Assembly (NCBI GenBank): GCA_020137815.1
Contig: CM035353.1
Span: 1,054,001-1,118,000 of the forward strand
Direction: 5' to 3'
DNA from: Hormiphora californensis
Lineage: Eukaryota > Animalia > Ctenophora
Length of the DNA stretch: 64,000 nucleotides
A program made the translations under genes and the position numbers. How positions within the stretch are numbered: position 1 is the first letter of the stretch; each line of letters starts with the position of its first letter. This document shows positions 37,593-49,899 of this stretch, piece by piece. The notes under the pieces were generated by a model, which was not told the origin of the DNA, made no database searches, and saw nothing but the letters and a program-made list of their open reading frames with translations.

Positions 37593-39741
37593 GGTGTACA
37601 TATATTCATTATTTAGTGGTTGACGGTAATATTTTTTGCCTTGTTCGACCCTCCCTCAACGTTTTTCCTCTCAAACTTGCGGACAACCGCATAGCGCTTT
37701 ATCGCGGCCTCAACGGTAGGATCTCTGGACAACTCCATCTCGGGTTCTTCCTCACTCTCAGTTAGTTCCAGCTCAAGTGGTGGTTCCGGATGTTCCGGTT
37801 GTTCCGGTTCGACATCGTCTTCATCATCCATCATTTCCAAGTTGTTTAAGTAATCATGGTTATGGTTATCCCCGGAGTTAGCTTCGGATTCAGATTCCTC
37901 GACGTGCAGGTGTTGACCGTAGATTTCTCCTTATCGGTTGTTCAAGAACTGACGGTTTAGGCATTGGGTCTAGGTTGTTTACTATCAGAGATAACCGACA
38001 CGTGTTCAGTTCAAACGCAAGTTTGGACGATTGGGTAGAATTCTAGCTACCTTGTCGGTCCTTTACCTTATGTTTCCTCGGCAGCTAATTGATATATCGT
38101 GGACTTCCTAAAATAACTGACCCAAACGGTCCAGCCTCTTTTCCGCATGCCCGTCCCGAGATTCGATACTTTAGTTCAGTGTCGTCGCTGCATCGTTATA
38201 TCGTTATATCTTGCCTATCTTGGGAAACGAGACTATGATTCTATGATAATGCAAATGTTACGAGACTATGTAATGAATCTTTGATAATGTTAGCTTTGAT
38301 AGTTAAGACGTAAAACTTTTATGATTTGTTAAATAAAACAGTTATGAAAACATCATTATATATTCAGATTCACTTTCAATGCGAGTTAGAGACTGCGTGC
38401 GGTGAAACCACATGCCATCTCAAAAAAGATCACCTGCCGTGCCGGCCACTTCACTATTTTTGCAAGCTTAGCCTTTAGTTGGACGCTGTGTGTCCCGAAG
38501 GATGCACCTAGAAGATTTGTCCTTCCGTGCCTGGGACTGTGTCGGCCTGAATCTCTGGGTTGCATTAACTGATGATTGATACCACAGCAAGAATCTGGAC
38601 CTTGACCAATGCGTCGGTCGATGATGTCTTCTTTCCTGCCTGGTCAATTGCTGCCTTAGCTTTCTCAGATTTAAGACCCATATAAACCTTTCTCGAAATA
38701 AAGCCTGAAAGCCACCATGCTTGACACAGCTGCCCCTTAAATTGTCAATACTTCAATACTCGATTAAATTTTAGTTTAGTTTTATCAGACGACAGACGCT
38801 AACGAAGCCAAGGGGCACCATTCTGTTATCTTTCACACAAGTGATTGGGATAATCAGTTTGGGAGTCACCGCGTCACACCGCTCAAAGAGCTTGGTAGAA
38901 CGTCGGCTTAGTATCACCAACCAACCAACCAACCTTTCTCGAAATAGGAATTACATTGTTGCTTTAGGAAAGTTATACAATATACATTCTTGCCTGTCGT
39001 TGAATCTTCGTTAGGAACGCTAATGACGTCTCCGTCTGTTGAACCATACTGTAGAAAGTCAGTCATTCGAGCTTCGGGGGATTGATAACTGCTCTAAGCT
39101 GCTGTACCACATCCTATCTGTAGCGGGTGTGAGCCCACTTTTCTTTGGGTGTCTCTAGTTGAACCCCAACTTGAGTTCTAACCGCTCATTCCATTTCAAG
39201 ATGGATTTAGGTGTACCCGTCAAAGGTTTGATGTGCATCTTTGTCATACTCGTCGCCATATTTTATGTGATGAGAAACAAATACCTGTTTTGGCGTGGAG
39301 AAGTTAGAATTGAATCCCCGTTTATTAATACCAGCTATTGATATATATTCCCGGGACCTCTTGTCATTCCATCGGCTCAAACAGGGGCGATGGAATGTGC
39401 ATAACATGCCCATATCTCCGCACCACAGTGCAGAGTGCTAACTCTATTATATCGCGCTCTCCCTTGTTGCTAGTTCCCAAAGATATGTCACATATAATAA
39501 GATCGAAAGTCGCTCTCCTCGAGTGTAACTAGGCCACAGTGAACGACAGGCTTGGTAGCTTCGCACACCCCCCCCCCCCGACTAAGCCTGGACGGGGTCC
39601 ACTGTCAGCCCCTATTCATCCGAGTCGACTTGTTTTGCTTTTCTCACTTGCCCAAAAACAATACTCAGTTGTAAAAGTGAAATGAAATATGAAAAACTTT
39701 ACATGTTTGGTGGTTACAAAAACCGAAAGTTCATCCACTAT

Positions 39742-39832
39742 AGTAAACAACCAATCAGAACTCGTTATTTAGGTCACGTGACTGGTTATCAGCCAATCAG
39801 GGACCAGTATTTCCTGATTCGGTCGGTTCCTG
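39742..39832 (+). mobile_element. One-end-truncated copy of the 109-bp hAT-type MITE
   Basis: Matches the reverse complement of 43358-43466; flanked by the 13-bp direct repeat GTTCATCCACTAT. Confidence 0.75.
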
Positions 39833-39966
39833 GTTCATCCACTATTCTGGGTCGCATACTATTATAGGTCCCTTATAAAAACACTTTTATTATACCACAC
39901 CTAACGAAACAAAACACTACTGTACATACTAAAAACAACTATATACATAATTTACAACTCAAACTA

Positions 39967-40048
39967 CAGTCGGACCCCGAGTTAGTGGCATCCTCGGGGG
40001 AAAAATCCCGCCACTAAATCGGGGTGCCACTAAATCGGGGTCCGACTG
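39967..40048. mobile_element. 82-bp CAGTCGGACCCCG MITE just 3' of the RFX stop codon
   Basis: TIRs plus TA on both sides. Confidence 0.85.
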
Positions 40049-40062
40049 TATATCAAAAAATA

Positions 40063-43000
40063 TTATTTGGTGGTACTATTGACGCATCGTAGAATTTCAT
40101 CCATCAACGTGTCAGACAGGGTATCGTGTTCTGTACCATTATCCGTTGCTGCGGGATTGGTCAACACGTTCCCTTGAAACGCCGTACTCGATAACAGATC
40201 CTGTAAGATAAGTAAAATTAAATTACTGTGCTGGCAAGCGCAAAGGTTACATTTGTAGATTATAGCAAATTTATAGGTTACAATTTCTTTTTGGTCGCAC
40301 TGGAAATGGAATTTCCAAAGTTCTAAAGCGCTTACCATATCGCCACAGTCGCCCATTATCGGTGACGTTGGGGTGACCAGAACCAGAGGGTTGGACGTAA
40401 CGTCTATCACCTGTAGCATTGGGTTTCAATTTTTAATTACATCCCGAGACATTAATTTCGAAACACGTTTTTGGCCTGTGGAGCGAGGGTGATTGTTTGT
40501 TTGGTTCGCGGCATTTCGGGATTGTTTCGTTTCTGATGTTTGGGGATTGTTTGTTAAAGTGTGTGCATGTTTACCTGATCCTGGTCAATGGAGGTATTGA
40601 GGCTACCAGAACCCATGGAGGTGTTGAGACTACCAGAACCCATGACCATCTCAGTGGGTGCTCCTTGTAACTGTTGTGATGCGTTCAGCGATGCCAGGCT
40701 GTCTATAATGGAGCTGGGAGAAAACAGACGAGTGAGCAATATAACACGGCGTCATACACATTTTCATTTGGAATTTTCACTTGGAATTTTCATTTGAAAA
40801 CCATCCACGCGCATGCACGTGCAAGCTTCAAACACAAGTTAGAACCATGGGACCTTCACTAAAGTGATCCTTGGATCAAAACAAATAAGTTAGTGAAGGT
40901 CCCGTGCTTCTAACTTGTGTTTGAAGCTTGCACGTGCATGCGCGTGGATGGTTTTCAAATGAAAATTCCAAATGAAAATTCCAAATAACAAGAATTATTA
41001 TTGCATTATGTTTCATAATGCTGTGTTTCCCTGCCATCGAATACCCCAACCGATCACTTATAAACGATGAGATCTGGTAAGCGCCGCTCACAGTCTCACC
41101 AGACGATACCGTGCAATGTGATCTGATCGTCGTCCGCCAACGCCTAATTACAATGTTATGTGAGACGAAGCTATGCATGGGAAACTTCTCACGTTCTCTC
41201 AGTCACCATACTAACGAGCTGAGCTTTCAACGCCTTTAAGTTTCAATCAGATTTACCAAGAAGTTAAATCCATTCGAGCGCTGGTTCTGTAACGCGCGAG
41301 GTGTGTATAAATACGCTGCATTGAGAGTGGCGCGCGCAGCACATTTTGAGCGTGCGCCACCGAAATCCGTACTGTAATAACTTTGCGGACGACGCTTTCA
41401 AAACGGATCGGTTGTCAGGCGTTGTCCGTGACGGACGGACGGACGGACGGACATTTAGTTAACTCCAGGATCTGCTGATTTCTAAACCCTGAATGATCTT
41501 TTTAGCACGTGCGTGCTAAAAAGATCATCCCGGGTGATTGCCTTCGGCAATCACCCGGGCAGGGAAAAAATGTGTATGACGGACTGTAAACCCTCGATAA
41601 TAACAATTAGCCATGGAATTGAAGCAGAAGAAAAGAAAGAATGGGAAGTCTTCTTGTTCTTCGTCTTCCCTTCGGAAAGACGATGAACAAGAAGAATAGA
41701 AAGCAGAGTTCAAAGAGCTGAAGATATTATCCTAGATGCTTGTTATACCGTACCCGGTGTTAGGCTGGAAAGGTGGTATGGATGATGGGATAGTCCTACT
41801 GTGGACCATTGAGGGTGGTCGACTTATCACACTGTTCATCGTACTATTGGGTGGTGCATCAGCATTAGAGATCCTCTTCCTGTGGAATCAAATTGGAATT
41901 ATATTAGTCTTCCCACCTTACAACACTAACTCAAGTCTCACAATTAAGACTGCACGGAGTTACAATTAGCTGTACCTACTTGGTGACATAGACACCTGGC
42001 GCGACCCCCGCTCAATCTCGGTCGCGCCAGGTGTCTATGTCACCAAGGTGCCTACCACAGGGTAGCCTGGACATCACTATTCTGCCTCTCCTCAATGAGG
42101 TGTATCACATAATCAGTGAAGAGCATGTGTAGAAGGTGAAAGGAGCCGAAGCTAGGAGCTGATCGGAGGGTCAAGTCCCGGACAATCCGCGACATGAAGT
42201 AGGTCCAATAGCTGACAAACCTCCGGGAATTCCGGTTGAAGTCATCCGGCGTTGGGCTTATCTGGCATGCAAAGACATCATTAGTACCAGGGCTGGTAAA
42301 GATATGTTGAGTAGGAACAAACTGAGTTTCGACTGTGAATGTCGAGGACACTATAGTTTCGATATAGTTGCTAAGCAGCCATGTCATCATAGCAACTTCA
42401 TGGTGTTACCTTGGTAACAAAGTTCTCAATGAGCTCTTTGATCCATTCTGCGTACTCCTCCACGCTTGTCTGTTCGCCTGAGAAACAATGGAATGAAGAT
42501 GACATAACAGTGTTCCGAACATCACTGCTATTACTCTCTCGAGCAAGCGTGATATGTGTATAACTGCACACTTTCACAAGCATGCTGTCACACACACACA
42601 CCGCCCTTCTGATCTAGTTTAGAAAATCCAGTGTAAGGAGTTGATCAGTTCAAATTTAGGGCACATGCTAATTGCTCACTATTAATTGGTCATTAATTGA
42701 CCTAGTAATTGGCTTAGTAATTGGTTGCACTCACCAAGTAGTTCACTAAACTCGCTCTGTACCGTCTTCAGCCGAGTACTAAGATCAGCTGGTGTAGATT
42801 GATGTTCCTCAAGAAACAAGAACAGTGACTGGGAACATGGAGTTATTTGATATAGTCATCAGGGGTAACCATGGTAACATGATCAGACAACGGGCCGATA
42901 GGGCAACCCAAGATAATAATATGTTAATTCGACTGGAGAGTATTGCTGGTAACTATAGTGGTTATACAGCTAATACCATGGTAACTAACAGTGGTTACCA

Positions 43001-46000
43001 TGGTAACTAACAGCAGTTTATACCTGTTGAGTCATGCTATCAATATCCAAATGGCACCAATCGTGAATCATCTGGCTGACTGCACTTGTACTACTCAATA
43101 CTGTCCTGAATAACAGTTCATGATGAAATATACAACGAGATTTGAGTGGTCAAAAATTTATGAGGCGCATTAGTATGAGAAGGACGGTGATGTACCGGTT
43201 GGTGACATAGACACCTGGCGCGACCCCCGCTCAATCTCGGTCGCGCCAGGTGTCTTTGTCACCAAATTTACCGGTACATATCACCATCCATCTCATGAAA
43301 TATGCCACACGGTTTCTTTTTGAGTACACATGGTGAGTTATAATCTTGGATTTGGATCAGGAACCGACCAAATTAGGGAATACTGGTCCCTGATTGGCTG
43401 ATAACCAGTCACGTTACCTAAATAACGAGTTCTGATTGGTTGTTTACTTGTTTCGGTCGGTTCCTGATTTGGATGGTATGTACCTTGTTGCCTGGGCTAT
43501 GTGAGTAAGGGTGGTTTGTCGTCGCATTATTGACACGAATATATCTGCCGCTTGAAGGATGGACTTGGTCACGTTCGGTGGTAAACCTGGAGAAAAGAAA
43601 GCTCGGCTGACTATTGGTTGCATATTGCACTGTGGCACTGATATACTTGACACTAAAAATTAAAATTGCCTCTATAATTATTCAACTTACCTGCCACTGC
43701 CATTTTGACCCAGCCGGTGTACTGTTTACAGAAACTCCTGATGGTCTGAGTCAACGAGGAAGGGATAGGGTGTAGAGGTGTTGGGAGTAGCAGGGAGATT
43801 ATGGTCTGAAAAACACGTTGTGTTATGGGGTGTAGAGGTGTGGGGAGTAGCAGGGAGATTATGGTCTGAAAAACACGTTGTGTGATATGGCATCAAATAC
43901 CAAGAGTGCTCATTCAATGAGTATAGTCAGTCAATATTTTTCAGACTCCTCGTTTCATTCTGTTATATCGCTCTCGCTCAATGACTCATTGAAAAATATT
44001 GACTGCCTTTATTCACATACATGTCTGTTTCTCTACACGCCTGTGCACTGTGAATGACTCATGAATGACTCATGAAGGATTGTGATGATCATGATCACCT
44101 TGAAGAGCAGTAGATCACAGTAGCAGATGATATCGGAGATATTATCCAGGGCAGCCAACACTTCATCACTCAAATTGCCCCAGAAGGTCAGTAACAAGGG
44201 TTCAACCTCTGTAAATGTTGCCTTCACAATAACCTGAAGAACTTGATGGGCAAACTTGTTGTAGAGTGTCAGGAATTGCGCCACGTGGTGTGCGCTGGTC
44301 TCCGGGCCCAGGTCCAGGACGGAGACAGATGGAAACTCGGGGAGGAGGGAAGCTAGTACATCTGCTGGCACTGGTTTTACCTGGAGAGAACGTAATAGTA
44401 ATGTAATGCGGTCTGTATAAAGACTGAAGGGTTCATTCGGCGAAGGCCGAGTTTGTTAGTTTCACCCAGGGACACTCATTTTAGACACATGGTTCTATCT
44501 TTGGGAGAGTTTGTTTACCGGTGAGATCCCAGGGTTGTTACAGCTGATGCCACCACCGCTGCTAGTGTGGTACCCACCACCCCCATTCACAGTTTTAAGG
44601 GTAGGACTGGCCCGAGAACATCCAAGACGAGGGGTGGTGGTACTAGTGCAGTTGTAGTTGTAATCGTTGAGATGATACTGAGAACTCTCCTTGATTGCCA
44701 GTCCGTAGTAGTGGTACCTGTGTATTGGGATTAACTTTGAATTGTGAAGATCAACGCGGCCCGGTAGTTCATTTATCAATATCAATCAATCAAAACTGCC
44801 GCTGGCAGTGGCATTGCGCCGAAATAATCATATTATAATAGGAAGCAAACCAGCCACACAGACCAAACTGAGTGAGGATTCAGGGTGGCGTAACAGGGTC
44901 GTTAGCACGAAGACGGTTAGGTCTTTTGTGTGCTTTGAACCTGCTACCCCACCCTGGTCCGCACTATGTCTTTACAAAACTGAAAACCATAAAAAATTAT
45001 AAAACATAAAATAAATCCGTATCTCAAAAAGTTAACTCATTAATCTCTATCTCTCTAATCTCTCGCAACACTTCTCACGTCTCACTCTCTACAATATAGC
45101 CTCTTCTAATCCTCCACACTTTATCAGGTTCATTTTCTCTTCTCTCTCTCAGTTTAGTAACTAATTCTTTTCTCTCTGCTCTCTCTTCTACTGATCTGTC
45201 CGGTGCAACAAACACTGACTGATACTGGTCAGAGTCCTTCAGCATCGCTGATTTCCCCAAAATAGTCCTAGCAATCTCTCTGTTCCTCAGCACCACCCGC
45301 ACTGGCCGCACTCCCTCACCACCTCTCCTACCAAGTCGTGCCACCTCTGATAACACTGGCGCTTCAGACAAATGTTCAAATAGATCCTTGACTAAAGTAC
45401 TGTCGCTTAGCTGGTCACTCTCAGGCAGACCGTACACCATCAGGTTGTTACTACGATCAACTGAAGCGCTGGCAATTGCTGTTCGTAGTTTGCTGGGAGC
45501 AAGGGCAGATACACAGGTCTGGTTCACAGCAGTAGCAGCTGTCTGGAGAACAGCAGAGTAATTCTGAATCTCGTCCTTTACAACTGTCTGTACAGCGGTC
45601 ACGCTCTTCTCTAGCATGGTATCTTTCATGGATATGATCGAGTCTTTCAGGGCACTGATCTCTGATTGCAGTTCAATGATCTTGGAATCACGTTCTAATA
45701 ACAGATCTGTAGCACTGTCAAGACGGTCTCGGGTGTGGTCCAGATGCTCCATAAGCTTCTCTACCTTCTCTTTTGATTCATCGCTACACACAGAACTGTT
45801 CTGAACCGATCGCATGTCATCTGACAAGTTCTTCTTAGCTAACCGACTGAGAGGGAGAGCACGATACCAAAGTAAGCCCGCCATATCAGAAATAAAACTA
45901 ACTTTCTTGTTGGTATCTAGAGTTGAGAGATAGGTGGTGGTCAGCTTGTTCAGTCAACGGTGGGGTTCGGTTGTTAGGGTCAGAGGTAGCCCCTACTTGT

Positions 46001-48205
46001 TGGTCTGAAAACACGTTGTGTGATATATGGCACCAAATACCGAGTTTTTGTAACATCTTCAACGAATAACTCTGCAAATACCAATTCTCATTGAGCTGAG
46101 GCAAAATACAAATAAACAATCTAAAACATACTGCCTTTCAATCAGTCCCTTTATCGTATTCCTTCCTGTAATGAACTTAAATTTTGATCTATCTTACTAT
46201 ATTGTCTCATGCAATAACTGAGACGAGATCACGTGGCAGATCTTCGGAGCTATTTCCCCAACAGCCTTGCAATCTTCGTTCTGCCCCAGACGAGAACGAG
46301 CCCCAAACCTCTGCTAATGTGCCTCAATAACCTGGCTTGACAGTCAAACTTGTCTGACAAGTCATGGCCACTGTGTGCACTGTCTCCGGGCCCAGGGTAC
46401 CATAGGTGTTACAGGAAATTCAGAAGGGAATGCTAGTCGATTGCTGGCAGCAGTACTACTTGGTTAACAAGTAAGAAGCGGTCTGTAAAAGACTGAAGGG
46501 TTAATTGAACCGCTAAACGTTGTCAGCTCACAGGACCTCCTAGATGTATCAAGATTGTCGCTCTTCGGGAGACTTTTCTTAATAAGAGACTTGAGTTCTT
46601 CTATGGGAGAGTTTGTTACTTTAACTAAGAGAACCCATGGTTCTCTCTTGGGAGAGTTTGTTACTTTAACTAAGAGCACATGGTTCTCTATCGGGAGAGT
46701 TTCTTACTTTAACTAAGAGAACATGGTTCTCTCTTTGGGAGAGTTTGTTACTTTAACTAAGAGAACATGGTTCTCTCTTTGGGAGAGTTTGTTACTTTAA
46801 CTAAGAGAACATGTCTTACCGGTGAGATCCCAGGGTTGTTACAGCTGATCCCACCACCGCTGCTAGTGTGGTACCCAGCACCCCCATTCACAGTTTTAAG
46901 GGTCGGACTGGCCCGGGAACATCCCAGACGAGGTGTGGTGGTACTAGTGCAGTTGTAGTTGTAATCGTTGAGATGATACTGAGAACTCTCTTTGATTGCT
47001 AGCCCGTAGTAGTGGTACCTGTGTAGTGGGATTAACTTTGAATTGCCCGTAGTAGTGGTATCTGTGTAGTGATACACCCTTTTTAGAGAACTATTATAGG
47101 CGAAGATAAACGGTATAGTGCGGGGCGATATGTGATACATGTGAACCGAATATTACTGCTGTCTTTAACTCACTTTGATTGACCCCTACTTCCCAATCTT
47201 CGTGTTTTGAGGTTTGGGAAGTGCTGCCTGATTATCTTTCCGAAGCTGGCAGCGTTCACAGGCTGCACGCTGTTCCTGACACAGAAATCAAGGTAATGCT
47301 CGTAGAGGACGTTCCGTGGTACACTGCTACCCTCACACATTTCATAATTATCTGTCAGCCTGGGTAGTAGTAGTAGTGTGAGATAATGATTGTAGTAGTA
47401 AACATGTGTGTGAGATAATGATTGCTTTATCATGGCCACCCTCTGTCAGGCCAATGCTCTGACAGGCCACCCTGCACTCTTTTTAAAAATTTTAGGACCA
47501 CTCTCAATTGACACATGATACGTACCACTGTTGCGTGAGGGGTGACACAAGTCTACTGAAGTGACCCGGAGGCCCGGATCGAGACCTGTCCGATCCATCG
47601 GGTGACTCGATACCATTGTTGTAGAATGTCGTCGAACAGCCTAGATAGGAAACAGTACTCGTGTTCAATTTATGTGGGAATTACCCCGTTTACGCATCTA
47701 CTAGAGTGTTCAATGAACACTGTTTAATGACCACTGTTCATACTGACTATAGGGTCGCCCCCCCTAAAAGGGTCAGCTATGATTATGTACCTAGCACAGA
47801 GTTGGGTGAAATTAATTAGGTGCTAGTTACCTAGAAAAGAGTTGGGTGAAGCAGCACGAAATAGCCCCGGATGGACAGGACTGGATAACTCGCTGTTAGG
47901 CTGAGGAGGGTTACTCTCCGGTGCAGGCTGGGTTACTGAAAGAGAACTGATGGTTACCAAGACATGGTTACCAAGACATGGTTACCAAGACATGGTTACC
48001 AAGACATGGTTACCAAGACATGGTTACCAAGACATGGTTACCAAGACATGGTTACCAAGACATGGTTACCAAGACGGCAAGACATGGTTACCAAGACATG
48101 GTTGTCATGGTTACAACTCTCACCCAAAAAGCTGTATCCATTTGTCTGCTCGTCCCAGTGAACCGATTCAACCTCTACTTTAAGCGCTGGTAGGCCGCCC
48201 AACAT
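40063..48205 (-). CDS. RFX4: RFX-family winged-helix transcription factor, RFX4/6/8 group (RFX4-like), ~704 aa, 16 coding exons
   Basis: Exons 48124-48205, 47831-47935, 47526-47640, 47174-47359, [46820-47018 or 44519-44717], 44099-44380, 43691-43805, 43484-43586, 43024-43105, 42735-42828, 42410-42477, 42056-42261, 41754-41879, 40575-40713, 40336-40410, 40063-40200. All introns are GT-AG, phases are consistent and the total is 2115 nt. DBD: WLTDNYE...[42 protein letters not shown]. Dimerisation domain: [24 protein letters not shown]. Exact orthology needs a tree. Confidence 0.92.
40745..41586. mobile_element. TAA-TSD TIR element (PIF/Harbinger-like) in an RFX intron
   Basis: TAA-[CACGGCGTCATACACATTT...AAATGTGTATGACGGACTG]-TAA; same ends as 57606-58202. 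Confidence 0.75.
41980..42046. mobile_element. 67-bp hairpin MITE (second copy 43199-43265)
   Basis: TTGGTGACATAGACACCTGGCGCGACC...GGTCGCGCCAGGTGTCTATGTCACCAA; degenerate 9-bp flanking repeats (ATGTACCGG/ATTTACCGG at the second copy). Confidence 0.75.
42865..43007. promoter_or_regulatory. Cluster of X-box (RFX-binding) motifs in an RFX intron
   Basis: GTTACCATGGTAAC (42994-43007, perfect palindrome), GTAACCATGGTAAC (42865-42878), AATACCATGGTAAC (42972-42985). Function is inferred. Confidence 0.45.
43358..43466. mobile_element. 109-bp hAT-type MITE, 8-bp TSD ATTTGGAT
   Basis: TIR CAGGAACCGACC / GGTCGGTTCCTG with an exact 8-bp duplication. Confidence 0.85.
44776..45900 (-). mobile_element. 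ORF1-only non-LTR (CR1/L2-like) element inside the RFX gene
   Basis: Intact ORF1, ~300-nt 3' UTR, terminal stem-loop CTGCC-AGC-GGCAG, then a (TTGA)n-like tail; no ORF2. Confidence 0.7.
45075..45884 (-). CDS. LINE ORF1p-like protein (coiled coil + RRM + basic CTD), 269 aa
   Basis: Motifs [15 protein letters not shown]...RPVRV, VFVAPD.S.EER are typical of CR1/L2/L1-type ORF1 proteins; intronless. Confidence 0.8.
   Translation of the reverse strand: MAGLLWYRALPLSRLAKKNLSDDMRSVQNSSVCSDESKEKVEKLMEHLDHTRDRLDSATDLLLERDSKIIELQSEISALKDSIISMKDTMLEKSVTAVQTVVKDEIQNYSAVLQTAATAVNQTCVSALAPSKLRTAIASASVDRSNNLMVYGLPESDQLSDSTLVKDLFEHLSEAPVLSEVARLGRRGGEGVRPVRVVLRNREIARTILGKSAMLKDSDQYQSVFVAPDRSVEERAERKELVTKLRERRENEPDKVWRIRRGYIVESET
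46190..46465 (-). pseudogene. Heavily corrupted duplicate of RFX exon 44099-44380
   Basis: Colinear anchors (CTGGGCCCGGAGAC, ACAAGTTTG, CAGGTTATTG, CAGAGGTT, TCTGGGGCA) with many indels. Confidence 0.7.
46600..46815. repeat. 36-bp intronic minisatellite
   Basis: GGGAGAGTTTGTTACTTTAACTAAGAGAACATGGTTCTCTCTT-like units; by spacing the period is nearer 43 bp, about 5 copies. Confidence 0.7.
47950..48114. repeat. 14-bp tandem repeat (ATGGTTACCAAGAC) filling RFX intron 1
   Basis: About 10 copies, ending in GTTGTCATGGTTAC. Confidence 0.95.
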
Positions 48206-48394
48206 TTAGTACAATCGGCAGCCAAGCAACTCACTACGACAAATTAGAGATCAGAGACACGTTTTAAAAATTCAAGGGGGTAATTATGGGTATTTCTATA
48301 ATGAAAGCGGCAGTCAATTGTAAGTTCAGGTCTCCGATGGAACAAGAAAATACGGAAAACTGCCTTTCTCACAGATCACTATACAAAACAAGCA

Positions 48395-48415
48395 AGCTCT
48401 CTCTCCCCCTTCTTC

Positions 48416-48470
<55 letters not shown>

Positions 48471-48487
48471 CCTTCTTCTCATCTCTC

Positions 48488-48549
<62 letters not shown>

Positions 48550-48590
48550 CTCATCTCTCAGAGCGACTATCTCTCTCTCTATATCTCAGT
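48395..48590. repeat. (CT)n microsatellite ~200 bp upstream of the RFX ATG
   Basis: Direct observation. Confidence 0.95.
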
Positions 48591-49899
48591 TTTGATGCAT
48601 GTTGCTACGGGGGGCTAGCGTACGGAGCTGAAGACGGGGCAAGCAGGCCGTTGTCAAGACGATGCATCATCGCACACACGTGTATAATACTGCATGGTAA
48701 CTGGGGGGTTGTATTATATGTTTAAAAACTTACAAATTGTGTGCCAGCAGTCGGTGGTGACCAGGCCCCGGGTGCAGATAATTCGGGTATCATTTGTTGA
48801 GTACCTTACTCAACAAGGTGTCAATATGGGATTATGCATTTTGGGTACACATGAACTTACATCAATTGGGTTGAGTTGAGTTGCTGTTACTGTTACTCAA
48901 CAAGACATCTTGGGTTGTCAGTCAAACAGGGTATCGGAGCTGGAGGGTTCCGTACAGTTGTAACACTAGTTGGCAGAAATGAGATGCAGCGGCGGCAGTC
49001 CAACCCCAATTCCAATTGTCATATTGTACCGGTGGTAGTGCACACCCGGACGGCTGCCCACCGCTCTCATTACCATGTGTTGGCCAGTTTAGGATCAGTT
49101 ACCCCCAACCCACCCTTTATATAACAGTTGTTTAATCGCACTGTCTGGGGGAGAACTGTGTTAAAGACCTGTATGGAGCCTACTGACCAGCTATAATAAT
49201 CGTATCTGTAGTTACAAGTCAGGACTCCTTAATTGAGGGTACCCCTTGTGGAGTCCTTGGGAGTGTACAGAGTGATATTTTGTTTTCCGTTGAAATATTT
49301 GTATACCCCCTAAATTTCTTCTTGAAGTAAAATATCTAACCCTAACCCCCACCCTAACCTCGAACCAAAATAACGGCCCTAACACTTCTAAATGAGTATA
49401 AAGGCACAGCAAACTCTCGTTTCCGGCCTGACGGCCGAAATTTCGAGTTCGATTTTCGTGATTTTAGCACTAGAGTCCGCACACCATTCGAACCACCGGG
49501 GCAATTCGAACCGGGGCAATTTGATTAACACACCGGGGCAATTTGGTTAGTGAACCGGGGCAATTTTGTTAATAAACCGGGGGGATTTTTTGGGATGACT
49601 CCTTAACCTTACATCATAGAAAGGTTTATAGCCACTATAATCGAAGCAGAATTTAACGCCGAATGTATTTAGATTATTGATTCCGGATTCCGGAAGGGAG
49701 TATGGATGACAGTTGGATCCATTGTAACCTATTCTCGCTCCGCGAATAATGTGTATGTGAGGTGTCAATGTTACCAAGGATGACAGGAGCTCTCCGGAAG
49801 GGCACGTTGTCATGGGTACAGTTGTGTGGGAGGCCGAAGGGGTGATAACAAACTTGGTTCTAAAATATAGAGGGTTTAAAAAGAGAATTGGGAGGGCCG

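Noticed and set aside
35800-39540. Coding-looking patches (35.8-36.2, 37.6-37.9, 38.4-38.7, 39.0-39.5 kb)
   Set aside because: Interrupted by stops and frameshifts with no identifiable motif; cannot be assigned without a search.
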